In this document: positions 1-9,511 of the stretch, piece after piece
How the letters are laid out: each line of letters begins with the position of its first letter
Numbering within the stretch: position 1 is the first letter of the stretch
Assembly: GCA_963922565.1 (NCBI GenBank)
Contig: CAWUIQ010000007.1
Coordinates: 29,774-93,773, forward strand
Length of the DNA: 64,000 nt
Reading direction: 5' to 3'
Source: an uncultured Rhodobacterales bacterium
Lineage (GTDB): Bacteria > Pseudomonadota > Alphaproteobacteria > Rhodobacterales > Rhodobacteraceae
Program-made: the position numbers and the translations under genes
Notes under the pieces: model-generated
What the model saw: only the letters and a program-made list of their open reading frames with translations
Database searches by the model: none
Told to the model about the DNA's origin: nothing

Positions 1-1128
1 GGCCGCGCCCAACAATCCACCCGAGCCAGCGGCGATGGCTTGTGCCGCTCCCCACAGCCCCATGCGTGTGCCTTCGCGCCGTTCGCGGCCTTGCCCGGCG
101 AGGGCCATCATCGATCCGATCGCGGCGACGGCGAAAACACCGTTGAAAAAGCCCAAGCCAACGACGGCAGGCATCAGCGGGGCGCCTTCGCCCACCCGGC
201 CAAGTGCGGCGATCACGACCAGCATGAACGCGGATCCGATACAGCCGGCGACAACCCAGGATTTCAGCGATCCAATTGCCAAGCCTGTGACCATAACGCC
301 GACCGCCACCATGCCCATGAAGACGCCCCCGTTTTGGCCGCCGGAAAGCGCGGTCGACTCCCCAGGTTCAAAGGCAAAAACCAGCCCCGCGTAAGGCTCA
401 AGGATCAGTTCCTGCATGAAGTATGCGACCATCGACAGGAACACGAAGAAGGTGAAGTTGCGGGCCTTTCGTTCGGCCCAGATCTCGGCCAGCCCTTCAC
501 GGAAAGGCGTCGGATCCGGTTCTGATACCACGACCAGGCCGTGCTCCACGCCCCATATCGACACGATGGTCAGCGCAAGGGCGGCACCCGTCACAACCCA
601 TACGATGCGGATCAACAGAGCGTGCGAGTACGGATCAAGCTGGCCGCCGACAATTGTCGCCGTAACGGCGATGCCCGCGATCATCATCAGCCAGGTTATC
701 GTCGCGGCCGCAGCCCGACGCTCCGGTGCGGTCGCCGTGGCCAGAAGCGCGAGCACCGACGTCCCCGACGCGCCGACGCCCAGACCGATCAGAGCATAGG
801 CGAAAATGGACAGGGCCATGCCTGAAGCGAAATCACGCTCAAGAACGATAATACCATAAGAAGCAAGCAACGCCCCGGCACCCAAGACGGCCATACCAAG
901 TATGATCCATCGCCCCCGGTTGCCGCCTTTGTCGCTAAGAAAGCCCCAGTTCGGTCGCGTGATCTGGATCCCGTAGTGAAGCGCCACCAGCAATCCCGGC
1001 AGTACGGCTGGCAGCGCGAGTTCGACCACCATAAGCCGGTTCAGGGTGGAGGTCGTCAGCACGACGATCGACCCAAGACACATCTGGATCAAGCCCAGCC
1101 GCACGATCGAGAGCCACGACAGCGTCAT
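1..1128 (-). CDS. PucC-family (BCD/ORF428-like) MFS protein of the photosynthesis gene cluster, 3' end cut by window edge
   Basis: Not in the ORF track because it has no stop inside the window. My reverse-strand translation from the ATG at 1128-1126 stays open to position 1 (MTLSWLSIVRLGLIQMCLGSIVVLTTSTLNRLMVVELALPAVLPGLLVALHYGIQITRPNWGFLSDKGGNRGRW...). It is hydrophobic and MFS-like. The start overlaps the bchG stop (ATGA), matching the known bchG-ORF428-bchP order. Confidence 0.8.
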   Translation of the reverse strand, partial: MTLSWLSIVRLGLIQMCLGSIVVLTTSTLNRLMVVELALPAVLPGLLVALHYGIQITRPNWGFLSDKGGNRGRWIILGMAVLGAGALLASYGIIVLERDFASGMALSIFAYALIGLGVGASGTSVLALLATATAPERRAAAATITWLMMIAGIAVTATIVGGQLDPYSHALLIRIVWVVTGAALALTIVSIWGVEHGLVVVSEPDPTPFREGLAEIWAERKARNFTFFVFLSMVAYFMQELILEPYAGLVFAFEPGESTALSGGQNGGVFMGMVAVGVMVTGLAIGSLKSWVVAGCIGSAFMLVVIAALGRVGEGAPLMPAVVGLGFFNGVFAVAAIGSMMALAGQGRERREGTRMGLWGAAQAIAAGSGGLLGAA

Positions 1129-2024
1129 GTCATCCCTCGCAGGGCGAACGCGGCGATCATCATGCCAGCAACGTAGAACAATACGCCGGTTCCATTGTAC
1201 CAGGGTGCCTTGCTTTTCGGGTCCTTGAACATCACCGACATGGCCCAGAACTGCAGCACGAGAAGCACCAGAATGCCCATGCCGTGCCAGACCTGCCCCC
1301 ACGTGACGAGCAGTCCGATGACCAGTAGTTGCGGCAGGGTCATGACGAGGCATGCGATGCGGGCAGCGCCTTCTGGTCCGAGGGTGACGGGGAGCGAATT
1401 GACCCCCATTTGGCGATCACCCTCAAGCGCCTTGAAATCATTCAGCGTCATGATCCCGTGGGCGCCGATCCCATAGAGAAGGGCGATGGCGATGACTTCG
1501 GCTTTCGGGGCACCCGCGCTCAGCACCGCAGCGCCGGTAATCCACGGGAGCGTTTCATAGCAAAGGCCAACGAGGCCTGGGCCCCACCAGCCAGATCGTT
1601 TTAGTCGAACGGGTTCAGCCGAATAGGCCCATGCGCCGATTACGGCCAGCACGGTCGCGCCGAACCCCCAAGGCCCCAAAGGCCATGCAATTGCCAATGA
1701 GAGCGCGGACATGCCCAGTGCAATCCACAAACCCCACCGTCCAGGGATACGGCCTGATGGGATCGGCCGTCGCGGTTCGTTGATTGCATCGACGTGGCGA
1801 TCACACCAATCATTCGCGGCCTGACTCATCCCGCAGACCACGGGGCCGGCGAGAATGACGCCCAGCAGCACGAGATGCCACCGTTCCGATGGTGCCGCGC
1901 CGGAGGATATCACGCCGCAAAGATACGCCCACATCGGCGGAAACCAGGTGATCGGCTTGATCAGCTGGAGCGCCGCAGCGGGTTCGGGCAAACGCCGACC
2001 GTGTACCGAAGACGATACATCCAT
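1125..2024 (-). CDS. bchG: bacteriochlorophyll synthase (UbiA-family prenyltransferase)
   Basis: 299 aa. The N-terminus ...LPEPAAALQLIKPITWFPPMWAYLCGVISSG is typical of BchG/ChlG. It has a polytopic membrane profile and the UbiA-type motif NDWCDRHVDAINEPRRPIPSG. Confidence 0.9.
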   Translation of the reverse strand: MDVSSSVHGRRLPEPAAALQLIKPITWFPPMWAYLCGVISSGAAPSERWHLVLLGVILAGPVVCGMSQAANDWCDRHVDAINEPRRPIPSGRIPGRWGLWIALGMSALSLAIAWPLGPWGFGATVLAVIGAWAYSAEPVRLKRSGWWGPGLVGLCYETLPWITGAAVLSAGAPKAEVIAIALLYGIGAHGIMTLNDFKALEGDRQMGVNSLPVTLGPEGAARIACLVMTLPQLLVIGLLVTWGQVWHGMGILVLLVLQFWAMSVMFKDPKSKAPWYNGTGVLFYVAGMMIAAFALRGMT

Positions 2025-2025
2025 G

Positions 2026-2043
2026 TGTCAACTATTACTGACA
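2026..2043. promoter_or_regulatory. PpsR/CrtJ-type operator, TGT-N12-ACA (TGTCAACTATTACTGACA)
   Basis: Exact TGT-N12-ACA. The extended arms GTGTCA (2025-2030) and TGACAC (2039-2044) are perfect complements. It starts 2 nt upstream of the bchG ATG. Confidence 0.5.
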
Positions 2044-2150
2044 CATTGAGTCGAGGCAAGAAATTAGCTGGATGCACCGGATGGCGGGACGTTCTGACGC
2101 GGACATCGCCCAAGATGCCCGCGCCGCTTGGCATTAGCGGATCACGTCAA

Positions 2151-3341
2151 TCACTCGGCGGGCTCGCTCACCGTTTGCGTCCGCCCCTCTTTCTCGGCTT
2201 CGTATTTCGTCTGCGCAGTCTCCACCGCTTTGGCGTGGATCTCAGCCAGTTCAGGCCGCAACTTCTTGGCGCGTACGGCAGCATTCATGGTCGACATGTG
2301 CTGACCCTGGAAATGGGGGAAGACTTCGCGGGCGATCAGGTCGTAGCTGCGCCTTGTTGCGTCAAAATTCGCCCAGTTGTGTGCAAGCATCAGATACGCA
2401 CCAAATCCGCCATTCGATTGCTTCCACAAACGATCGATCTGAGCCCGGCACATATCCGGTGTACCAATCGCGCCAAAGCCGCTGTCGTTGATGAAATCGA
2501 TCATCTCTTTCGCGTTCTGACCCGGCATCGACATCTGCGGGAATGCGGCGATTTCCTGGAAGTAGTTGAACCAGTGTTCGATGCCGTATTCGACATCGCG
2601 GCGCGCCTGTTCCTTGGTCTCGGCGATATGGCACAGGCCAACCAGCCGCCATTTCGAACGGTCAACTGTCTGATTGTAGTGTTTCGCCTCTTCCTCGATC
2701 ACGTCCCAGTGCAGGGCCAGCGCGTCAAAGCCCGCCGCCGTGGTCGCACCAATAGATATCAACCCGGTCCCGTACCGACCGGCCAGCTTGGCACCAGTTG
2801 GCGACGCGACAGCAGCTGTGGCGAGATCGAAGTTCGAATAGGGCCGCAGATGCAAGCGCGCATCCTTGAGCGTCCAGCGATCGTTTTCGAAGTTGACTGG
2901 TTCGTCTGACCGCAAAAGGCGCGAGATGATGTCGAGCCCGTCCGCCAGCAATCCTCGGGTATCTTTTTGCGACAACCCGATCATGGTCGCATCGGTCGGC
3001 AGTGATCCGGGCCCAAGACCCAGCATCGCGCGGCCCCGGGTCAGATGATCAAGTTGCACGATCTTCTCCGCCACCCACAGTGGATTGTGGTAGCTGACCG
3101 ATACAACACCGGTGCCCAGTTTGATGCGCCGCGTCCGGGGCGCTGCCGAAGCGATCATGATCTCGGGGCTGGCCGATATTTCGGACCCCGCCGAGTGGTG
3201 TTCACCAAACCAAACCTCGTCGTAGTCACATCGGTCGAGCCATTGAACCAGCTCGAGATCCTGCTCAAGCGCGAGGGTCGGATTGATCCCCGGCTTGTGA
3301 AAAGGGGCCAGAAAAATGCCGAAACGCATACGATCAGTCAT
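2151..3341 (-). CDS. LLM-class (luciferase-like) flavin-dependent oxidoreductase
   Basis: 396 aa. MRFGIFLAPFH...DYDEVWFGEHHS...LGLGPG is the typical luciferase-like monooxygenase N-terminal pattern. A GGGAGGA-type RBS (plus strand tcctccct) lies upstream. Confidence 0.85.
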   Translation of the reverse strand: MTDRMRFGIFLAPFHKPGINPTLALEQDLELVQWLDRCDYDEVWFGEHHSAGSEISASPEIMIASAAPRTRRIKLGTGVVSVSYHNPLWVAEKIVQLDHLTRGRAMLGLGPGSLPTDATMIGLSQKDTRGLLADGLDIISRLLRSDEPVNFENDRWTLKDARLHLRPYSNFDLATAAVASPTGAKLAGRYGTGLISIGATTAAGFDALALHWDVIEEEAKHYNQTVDRSKWRLVGLCHIAETKEQARRDVEYGIEHWFNYFQEIAAFPQMSMPGQNAKEMIDFINDSGFGAIGTPDMCRAQIDRLWKQSNGGFGAYLMLAHNWANFDATRRSYDLIAREVFPHFQGQHMSTMNAAVRAKKLRPELAEIHAKAVETAQTKYEAEKEGRTQTVSEPAE

Positions 3342-3360
3342 TGAATGTCCTCCCTAAGCG

Positions 3361-3379
3361 CATCTGCATCAGGCAGATG
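3361..3379. promoter_or_regulatory. inverted repeat CATCTGC-N5-GCAGATG in the leader of the LLM oxidoreductase gene
   Basis: Perfect 7-bp arms, 20 nt upstream of the start codon at 3341. It could be an operator or a leader hairpin; function unknown. Confidence 0.25.
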
Positions 3380-3503
3380 ACGTAAGGGCAGGTTAGCCAG
3401 AGCCGTTCAGCCGGGCAAAACAATTCCAGGTTGGAATTCTACCCGGCACAAAGACGCGCGTGATCGTGCCGGTGTTGAGCTATGCGAAGGGCGATGACCG
3501 CGC

Positions 3504-4685
3504 TTAGTTCAGCCGCTCGATCGCCAGTGCGATCCCCTGACCGCCGCCGATGCACATGGTGATCAGCGCCTTGTTTCCGCCGGTCCGTTCAAGTTCATAA
3601 AGCGCCTTGACCGTGATGATCGCTCCGGTCGCTCCAACCGGATGGCCGAGCGCGATGGCCCCGCCGTTCGGGTTCACTTTGTCCGACGCCAGACCCAGTT
3701 CCTTTGAAACCGCTAGCGCTTGTGACGCAAAGGCCTCGTTGGATTCGATCACGTCGAAATCAGAAACGGACAGACCAGTTTTTTCCAGCAGGTTCTGCAC
3801 GGCGGGGATCGGTCCGACCCCCATGACCTCGGGTCTCACGCCAGCATGGGCATAGCCGAGAACCCGCGCCCTTGGCTTCAATCCAGCCCGGTCGGCTGCA
3901 TCGGCGGTCGCCAGGACGATCGCCGCGGCGCCATCGTTGATCCCGCTGGCATTGCCTGCCGTCACCGTACCGTCTTTCTGAAAAACAGGACGCAGCCCAG
4001 CCAGGGCATCAGCATCAGTTGCTTTCGGATGCTCATCCTTGTCGAAGGGCACCATGTCGCGTTTCACCCGAACCTCGACAGGCACGATCTGTGACGCGAA
4101 CCGCTCTTCCGCAATCGCGTTGGCCGCCCTCTCCTGACTTTGCAGGGCGAAAGCATCCTGATCTTCGCGGCTGATCTGACGCTCGCGAGCGACGTTTTCC
4201 GCTGTCACTCCCATGTGGCCGGTGCCGAATGGACAATTCAGGGCGCCCAACATCATGTCGAGGCTCTTCACATCGCCCATTTTCGCGCCCCACCTTTGAT
4301 CGGACATGATGAACGGGCTGCGCGACATGTTTTCCGCACCACCGGCGAGGCCGAATTCAGCGTCCCCCAAGGCAAGTGACTGAACAACTGAGACGATGGC
4401 CTGAACGCCCGAACCGCAAAGCCGGTTCACGTTCATAGCTGGTGTCGTTTCAGGTACCCCGGCGTCCATCGCAGCCACACGGCTGAGGTACATGTCGCGG
4501 GGCTCGGTGTTGATGACATGGCCGAACGCAACCGCACCGATCTGGCCGCCCTCGACACCAGAACGATCCAGCGCGGCCTCTGCGGCCTTGGTTCCAAGCG
4601 CGATTGGCGGTGTTCCGGCAAGCGAGCCACCAAAGGTACCGATCGCGGTTCGTGCACCGTCAAGAATTACCACATCATTTGTCAT
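3504..4685 (-). CDS. acetyl-CoA C-acetyltransferase (thiolase II)
   Basis: The track ORF 3504..4964 is trimmed to the internal ATG at 4685, which is preceded by GGGAGG. This gives 393 aa starting MTNDVVILDGARTAIGTFGGSL and ending with the thiolase signature CIGGGQGIA. Confidence 0.9.
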   Translation of the reverse strand: MTNDVVILDGARTAIGTFGGSLAGTPPIALGTKAAEAALDRSGVEGGQIGAVAFGHVINTEPRDMYLSRVAAMDAGVPETTPAMNVNRLCGSGVQAIVSVVQSLALGDAEFGLAGGAENMSRSPFIMSDQRWGAKMGDVKSLDMMLGALNCPFGTGHMGVTAENVARERQISREDQDAFALQSQERAANAIAEERFASQIVPVEVRVKRDMVPFDKDEHPKATDADALAGLRPVFQKDGTVTAGNASGINDGAAAIVLATADAADRAGLKPRARVLGYAHAGVRPEVMGVGPIPAVQNLLEKTGLSVSDFDVIESNEAFASQALAVSKELGLASDKVNPNGGAIALGHPVGATGAIITVKALYELERTGGNKALITMCIGGGQGIALAIERLN

Positions 4686-4750
4686 GTCAGCCTCCCGTTT
4701 GCGCGCAATATGGGCGTTGCGCGTGCGGGTGTCACGGATGACGCTGGGTG

Positions 4751-5482
4751 CTAACCTCGACGTATTTTCTGACGGCCGTTTGCGGTGAGGACCCAACTCT
4801 GCGCCCCCTCGAAGACGGCGACGCTGATTGGGCTGCCATAGCCTGCGCCGCTGTCGAGATTGACGCGGTTTCCATAATGCGTGGCGTGATCGACGGGTGT
4901 GTGCCCGTGGATGATCAGCTTTGGATGGGCCCGGGTTTCGCGGTGAAAGGGGGTGCGGATCCAAAGCAGATCTTCTTCCTCCTGCGCATCCAGATTGACC
5001 CCGGGCCGAATGCCAGCATGAACAAAGAACAAGTCCGGTGTTTCATGCTTCAGAGGCAGCGATCGGAGGAAGTCGACATGCGATTGCGGCACGTTTTCCC
5101 GGGCCTCGTCGTGTAATTCCTTCAACCGCATTTGTTTCTTGAGCGAGACGCCATAAGACCCCACGGTCTCCAGCCCGCCAATACGCTCATGAAACCAGTG
5201 CAGACCCACCAACAAATGCGGATCGTTACGGGGCTGGTCTTCCATGAACCATTCGAAAAGACGATCATGGTTTCCTTTCAGCGTGATCCAATTGCGGCCT
5301 TCGGCCTGCCCTTCGATCAGAATGTCGAGAACACCCGCACTGTCCGGGCCACGGTCGACGTAGTCGCCGACAAAAACGGTTTCCGCGTTCGCGCCGCCAT
5401 CGCGCTCGATCAATTCAAGCGCGCGTTCCAACTCGTCAGTATAGCCGTGGATGTCTCCGACGGCGTAAATCGGACCACTCAT
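4751..5482 (-). CDS. metallophosphoesterase (PrpA/ApaH-like Ser/Thr phosphatase family)
   Basis: 243 aa with the calcineurin-like motifs GDIHG, GDYVDRG and GNHD. Confidence 0.8.
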   Translation of the reverse strand: MSGPIYAVGDIHGYTDELERALELIERDGGANAETVFVGDYVDRGPDSAGVLDILIEGQAEGRNWITLKGNHDRLFEWFMEDQPRNDPHLLVGLHWFHERIGGLETVGSYGVSLKKQMRLKELHDEARENVPQSHVDFLRSLPLKHETPDLFFVHAGIRPGVNLDAQEEEDLLWIRTPFHRETRAHPKLIIHGHTPVDHATHYGNRVNLDSGAGYGSPISVAVFEGAQSWVLTANGRQKIRRG

Positions 5483-5549
5483 TTCAACTCCAATAAGAAA
5501 CGCCGCCCCGGTGTAGGGCGGCGTAAAAGCCGAGGCAAGATCGCTGGCT

Positions 5550-7145
5550 TTAGCCCACGTCGAATGTCAGCGGACGAACCTGTTGGAAAAGCCCGGTGTC
5601 AGACAGGTCTTTCAGTACCGGTGCCGGGATCGGGTTGTCGACGTAAAGCAGCGCAATCGCTTCACCCCCTACATCGGCACGGCCAAGCGTAAAGTTCGCG
5701 ATGTTCACCTTGTTGCCGCCCAGCGTTTGACCCAAAACGCCGATAATGCCCGGTACATCCTTGTTGGTAGTGTAGAGCATGTTTTGCCCAACCTCGGCGT
5801 CGATGTTGATGCCCTTGATCTGGATGAACCGCGGCTTGCCGTCGCTGAAGACAGTACCGCCGATCGACCGTTCCCGTTCGTCGGTGACAACGGTCACCTT
5901 GATATAGCCTTCGAAGGCGCCGGATTTGTCCTGGCTTGTCGTGCTGATCTGAATGCCACGTTCCTTTGCAATCAGCGGGGCCGAAACCATGTTCACGTCC
6001 GGATTCACCCGTTTCATGATGCCGGCGACGACCGAACAATTCAGCGCTTCGAGGTTCATGCCCGAGACGGAACCATCGTAAAGGATGTTGATTGCCTTGA
6101 TCGGCTCGTCCGTCATCTGGCCGATGAAGGCGCCAAGATGGTCAGCCAGCTTGATCCACGGACCCATCACCTTGGCCTCTTCGGCAGTGACCGACGGCAT
6201 ATTCAGGGCATTTTCGACAGCACCAGTCAGTAGATAGTTTGACATCTGCTCGGCCACTTGCAGGGCGACGTTTTCCTGCGCCTCGGTCGTTGCTGCACCC
6301 AGATGTGGCGTTACGACGACATTTGGCAGGTTGAAGAGTGGATTGTCTTCCGCCGGTTCCACGCTGAACACGTCAAAGGCTGCACCTGCGACGTGGCCGG
6401 ATTTCAGCGCCTCCGCCAGCGCCACTTCATCGACCAGACCACCACGCGCGCAATTCACGATCCGTACGCCGGGCTTCATCTTGGCGATGGCTGCTGCATT
6501 GATCATACCCGCAGTGGCATCGGTTTTTGGGACGTGAAGCGTGATGAAATCCGAACGTCGCAGAAGATCGTCAAGTTCAACCTTCTCGACCTCCATTTTG
6601 GCCGCCTTTTCCTCGCCCAGGAAAGGGTCGTAGGCCAGGACCTTCATCCTGAGCCCGCGGGCGCGTTCGCAAACGATCCCACCAATGTTACCGGCACCAA
6701 TCACGCCCAGCGTCTTGCCGGTCAGTTCGACGCCCATGAACTTGGATTTTTCCCATTTGCCCGCATGGGTCGATGCGCTGGCTTCCGGAATTTGGCGGGC
6801 CACGGCGAACATCATTGCGATGGCATGTTCCGCTGTCGTGATCATGTTGCCGAACGGGGTGTTCATGACGATCACCCCCTGTTTCGACGCGGCATCCTTG
6901 TCGATGTTGTCGGTTCCAATCCCGGCGCGGCCAATCACCTTTAGGTTCTTTGCGGCCTTGAGGATCGTGGGTGTTACCTTGGTCGCCGACCGGATGGCGA
7001 GACCGTCATAGTCGCCGATTACTTCGGCCAGTTTTTCTTTGTCCTTGCCGAGGTCAGGCATGAAATCCACGTCGATGCCACGGTCGCGAAAGATTTGAAC
7101 GGCGGTTTCGCTCAGCTTGTCTGAGACGAGTACTTTGGGGGCCAT
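5550..7145 (-). CDS. serA: D-3-phosphoglycerate dehydrogenase
   Basis: The track ORF is trimmed to the ATG at 7145 (MAPKVLVSDKL...), giving 531 aa. It has the NAD-binding GVIGAGNIGG motif and a long C-terminal ACT-type extension. It is adjacent to serC. Confidence 0.9.
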   Translation of the reverse strand: MAPKVLVSDKLSETAVQIFRDRGIDVDFMPDLGKDKEKLAEVIGDYDGLAIRSATKVTPTILKAAKNLKVIGRAGIGTDNIDKDAASKQGVIVMNTPFGNMITTAEHAIAMMFAVARQIPEASASTHAGKWEKSKFMGVELTGKTLGVIGAGNIGGIVCERARGLRMKVLAYDPFLGEEKAAKMEVEKVELDDLLRRSDFITLHVPKTDATAGMINAAAIAKMKPGVRIVNCARGGLVDEVALAEALKSGHVAGAAFDVFSVEPAEDNPLFNLPNVVVTPHLGAATTEAQENVALQVAEQMSNYLLTGAVENALNMPSVTAEEAKVMGPWIKLADHLGAFIGQMTDEPIKAINILYDGSVSGMNLEALNCSVVAGIMKRVNPDVNMVSAPLIAKERGIQISTTSQDKSGAFEGYIKVTVVTDERERSIGGTVFSDGKPRFIQIKGINIDAEVGQNMLYTTNKDVPGIIGVLGQTLGGNKVNIANFTLGRADVGGEAIALLYVDNPIPAPVLKDLSDTGLFQQVRPLTFDVG

Positions 7146-7179
7146 CTGAGGCTCCTTTTCGAATGTCTTGTTTTTTGGG

Positions 7180-8334
7180 TCAGGCGGCTTTGGCTTGTGC
7201 TTCGATCTCGGCCTCGAACGCCCAAGCGAGCCACGGGAGCATCGCCTCGATGTCAGAGGTTTCGACCGTGCCGCCACACCAGATCCGCAAACCGGCGGGC
7301 GCGTCGCGATAGGCGCCGATATCAAGGGCAATGCCCTCATCCTCCAACCGTTTTGCCACGGCCTTGGCAAAGGCTGCGCCATCAGTGATCCGCGTGTCCG
7401 AGAATTTCAGGCAGACCGAAGTGTTGGAGCGCGTCGCGGGGTCGACAGCAAGGTTATCGATCCAGTCATGTTGATCGCAGAAGTTCCAGATCGCCTGAGC
7501 GTTTGCCTCGGCGCGGTGAATGAGGCCGTTGAGACCGCCAACTGAACGCGCCCATTCCAGCGCAAACAGGTAATCCTCAACACACAGCATCGAAGGTGTG
7601 TTGATCGTTGCGCCGGAAAAGATCCCGTCGATCAATTTGCCGCCTTTCGTCAGGCGAAAAATCTTGGGCAAGGGCCAGGGTGGGGTATAGCTTTCCAGCC
7701 GTTCAACCGCCCGGGGGCTGAGGATAAGCATCCCGTGCGCTGCCTCGCCGCCCAGAACTTTTTGCCAAGAAAACGTCGTTACATCGAGCTTGTCCCAAGG
7801 CAGATCCATCGCAAAGGCAGCCGATGTCGCATCGCAGAAAGTCAGGCCAGCACGATCTGCCGGGATGACGTCTCCGCTTGGGATACGAACGCCGGATGTC
7901 GTTCCGTTCCACGTAAAACAGACATCGTTGTCCCAATTTACCGCCTTTAGATCGACGATTTCGCCGTACTCGGCTGTTTTGACGGTGGCATCCAGTTTCA
8001 GCTGTTTGATCGCATCCGTCACCCAGCCCGCGCCAAAGGATTCCCAGGCGAGCATCTCGACGGGGCGCTCGCCGAGCATCGTCCACATCGCCATTTCATA
8101 GGCACCTGTATCCGAGGCGGGCACTATGCCAATTTTGTAGTCAGCTGGCACGCCCAGCAAGTCGCGTGTCGCTTCGATGGCCGCCTTGAGCTTGGCCTTA
8201 CCAACGGCTGCGCGATGCGAGCGGCCCAAAGGCGCATCTGCCAGTTTTGTCAGATCGTGTGTGGGGGGTTTGGCGCAGGGGCCAGAAGAAAAACGCGGAT
8301 TAGCCGGCCGCGTCGCCGGTTGCTGCATAGCCAT
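7180..8334 (-). CDS. serC: phosphoserine aminotransferase (alphaproteobacterial type)
   Basis: The track ORF is trimmed to [24 protein letters not shown]..., giving about 384 aa. It has class-V aminotransferase features and lies immediately upstream of serA. Confidence 0.85.
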   Translation of the reverse strand: MAMQQPATRPANPRFSSGPCAKPPTHDLTKLADAPLGRSHRAAVGKAKLKAAIEATRDLLGVPADYKIGIVPASDTGAYEMAMWTMLGERPVEMLAWESFGAGWVTDAIKQLKLDATVKTAEYGEIVDLKAVNWDNDVCFTWNGTTSGVRIPSGDVIPADRAGLTFCDATSAAFAMDLPWDKLDVTTFSWQKVLGGEAAHGMLILSPRAVERLESYTPPWPLPKIFRLTKGGKLIDGIFSGATINTPSMLCVEDYLFALEWARSVGGLNGLIHRAEANAQAIWNFCDQHDWIDNLAVDPATRSNTSVCLKFSDTRITDGAAFAKAVAKRLEDEGIALDIGAYRDAPAGLRIWCGGTVETSDIEAMLPWLAWAFEAEIEAQAKAA

Positions 8335-8641
8335 AAATGCTACCCTTCCAGATAAGCGCCCCTCGTTGGGGAGGGGTGTCCCACGGGCGGGAATACTCGC
8401 GCGTCGCGCGTTGCACAAGTCGCTATTTCGGCCTGATTTGCCGCATTCGGTTGACGAAGCCAATCGCAGGGGCGTGGATCGGAAACCTGTCGCTTCTTGC
8501 AGGCGCCTCTTCGAATTCAGCCGTCTTGGGTCTGTTTTTGAGATCCGACCGAGGGGTTTGTGCGGCCTCCTGACGTTCCGGTGTGTCTGGCCATGATCGA
8601 AACCATCCAGTATGCGCGCGTGCAAAGAGGGGACCGGTACC

Positions 8642-9511
8642 ATGTTCATTGTCAGCCTGATCGCGCAGCCCGGTGGCCTGCAGCCTGCCTTGGTCGAAAG
8701 CCTTCGCAATGCGTGGGGCGGTGGCGAAGTTGTTTGGCTGTCACCGGACGAGGCAGCCGAGTTTCAGGTTACCGCTCTGCCGGACAATCGCTGGGATGTG
8801 TGGGATGACGTCCAAAAGATGAACGTCGATCTTGTCGTTCATCCGTCGGAGGGGCGCCGGAAACGGATGCTGCTGGCGGATATGGATTCAACGATGATCC
8901 AGCAGGAATGCATAGACGAGCTGGCCGATATGGCCGGTGTCGGCGATGAGGTGAAAGACATAACCAAGCGGGCCATGAACGGTGAGCTTGATTTCGAGGG
9001 CGCGCTGCGGGCCCGGGTTGCGTTGTTGAAGGGGCTGGATGCAGAGGTCATCGATCAGGTTCTGTCTGAGCGGATAACATACACCCCTGGCGGATCGACC
9101 CTGTTGGCAACCATGAAGGCGCATGGTGGATACACCGCACTTGTGTCGGGCGGGTTCACGGCCTTCACCCAGGCGGTCTCCGCTCATCTGGGATTTGATG
9201 AGAACCGCGCCAACCTTCTGCATGTCGAAGACGGCACGCTGGCCGGCACTGCGGCAGAGCCGATCCTGGGCCGCCAAGCCAAGATCGAGGCATTGAAAGA
9301 GATCAGCGTGCGCCTTGGGATTTCAGAGAAGGATGTGCTGGCCGTTGGTGATGGCGCGAACGATCTGGGTATGTTGGATCTTGCTGGCATGGGGGTCGCG
9401 CTGCATGCGAAACCGGCAGTGGCTGCGCAATCCGATATGCGTATCAATCATGGCGATCTGACCGCGCTGCTGTACCTGCAGGGTTATGCCCGCGACGAAT
9501 TTGTCGCTTAG
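8642..9511 (+). CDS. serB: phosphoserine phosphatase (HAD family)
   Basis: Start moved to the ATG at 8642 (RBS AGAGGGGA 8 nt upstream). HAD motif I DMDSTMI and motif GDGANDL are present. It is divergent from serC-serA. Confidence 0.85.
   Translation: MFIVSLIAQPGGLQPALVESLRNAWGGGEVVWLSPDEAAEFQVTALPDNRWDVWDDVQKMNVDLVVHPSEGRRKRMLLADMDSTMIQQECIDELADMAGVGDEVKDITKRAMNGELDFEGALRARVALLKGLDAEVIDQVLSERITYTPGGSTLLATMKAHGGYTALVSGGFTAFTQAVSAHLGFDENRANLLHVEDGTLAGTAAEPILGRQAKIEALKEISVRLGISEKDVLAVGDGANDLGMLDLAGMGVALHAKPAVAAQSDMRINHGDLTALLYLQGYARDEFVA

Noticed and set aside
3504-4964. N-terminal extensions in the ORF track. Examples: 3504..4964, 5550..7382, 7180..8709, 15208.., 19188.., 31645.., 53974..55161 and 60093...
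   Set aside because: - The extensions are Arg/Pro-rich, overlap upstream genes or spacers, and lack an RBS.
- Internal ATGs preceded by Shine-Dalgarno-like sequences give N-termini that match the respective families.
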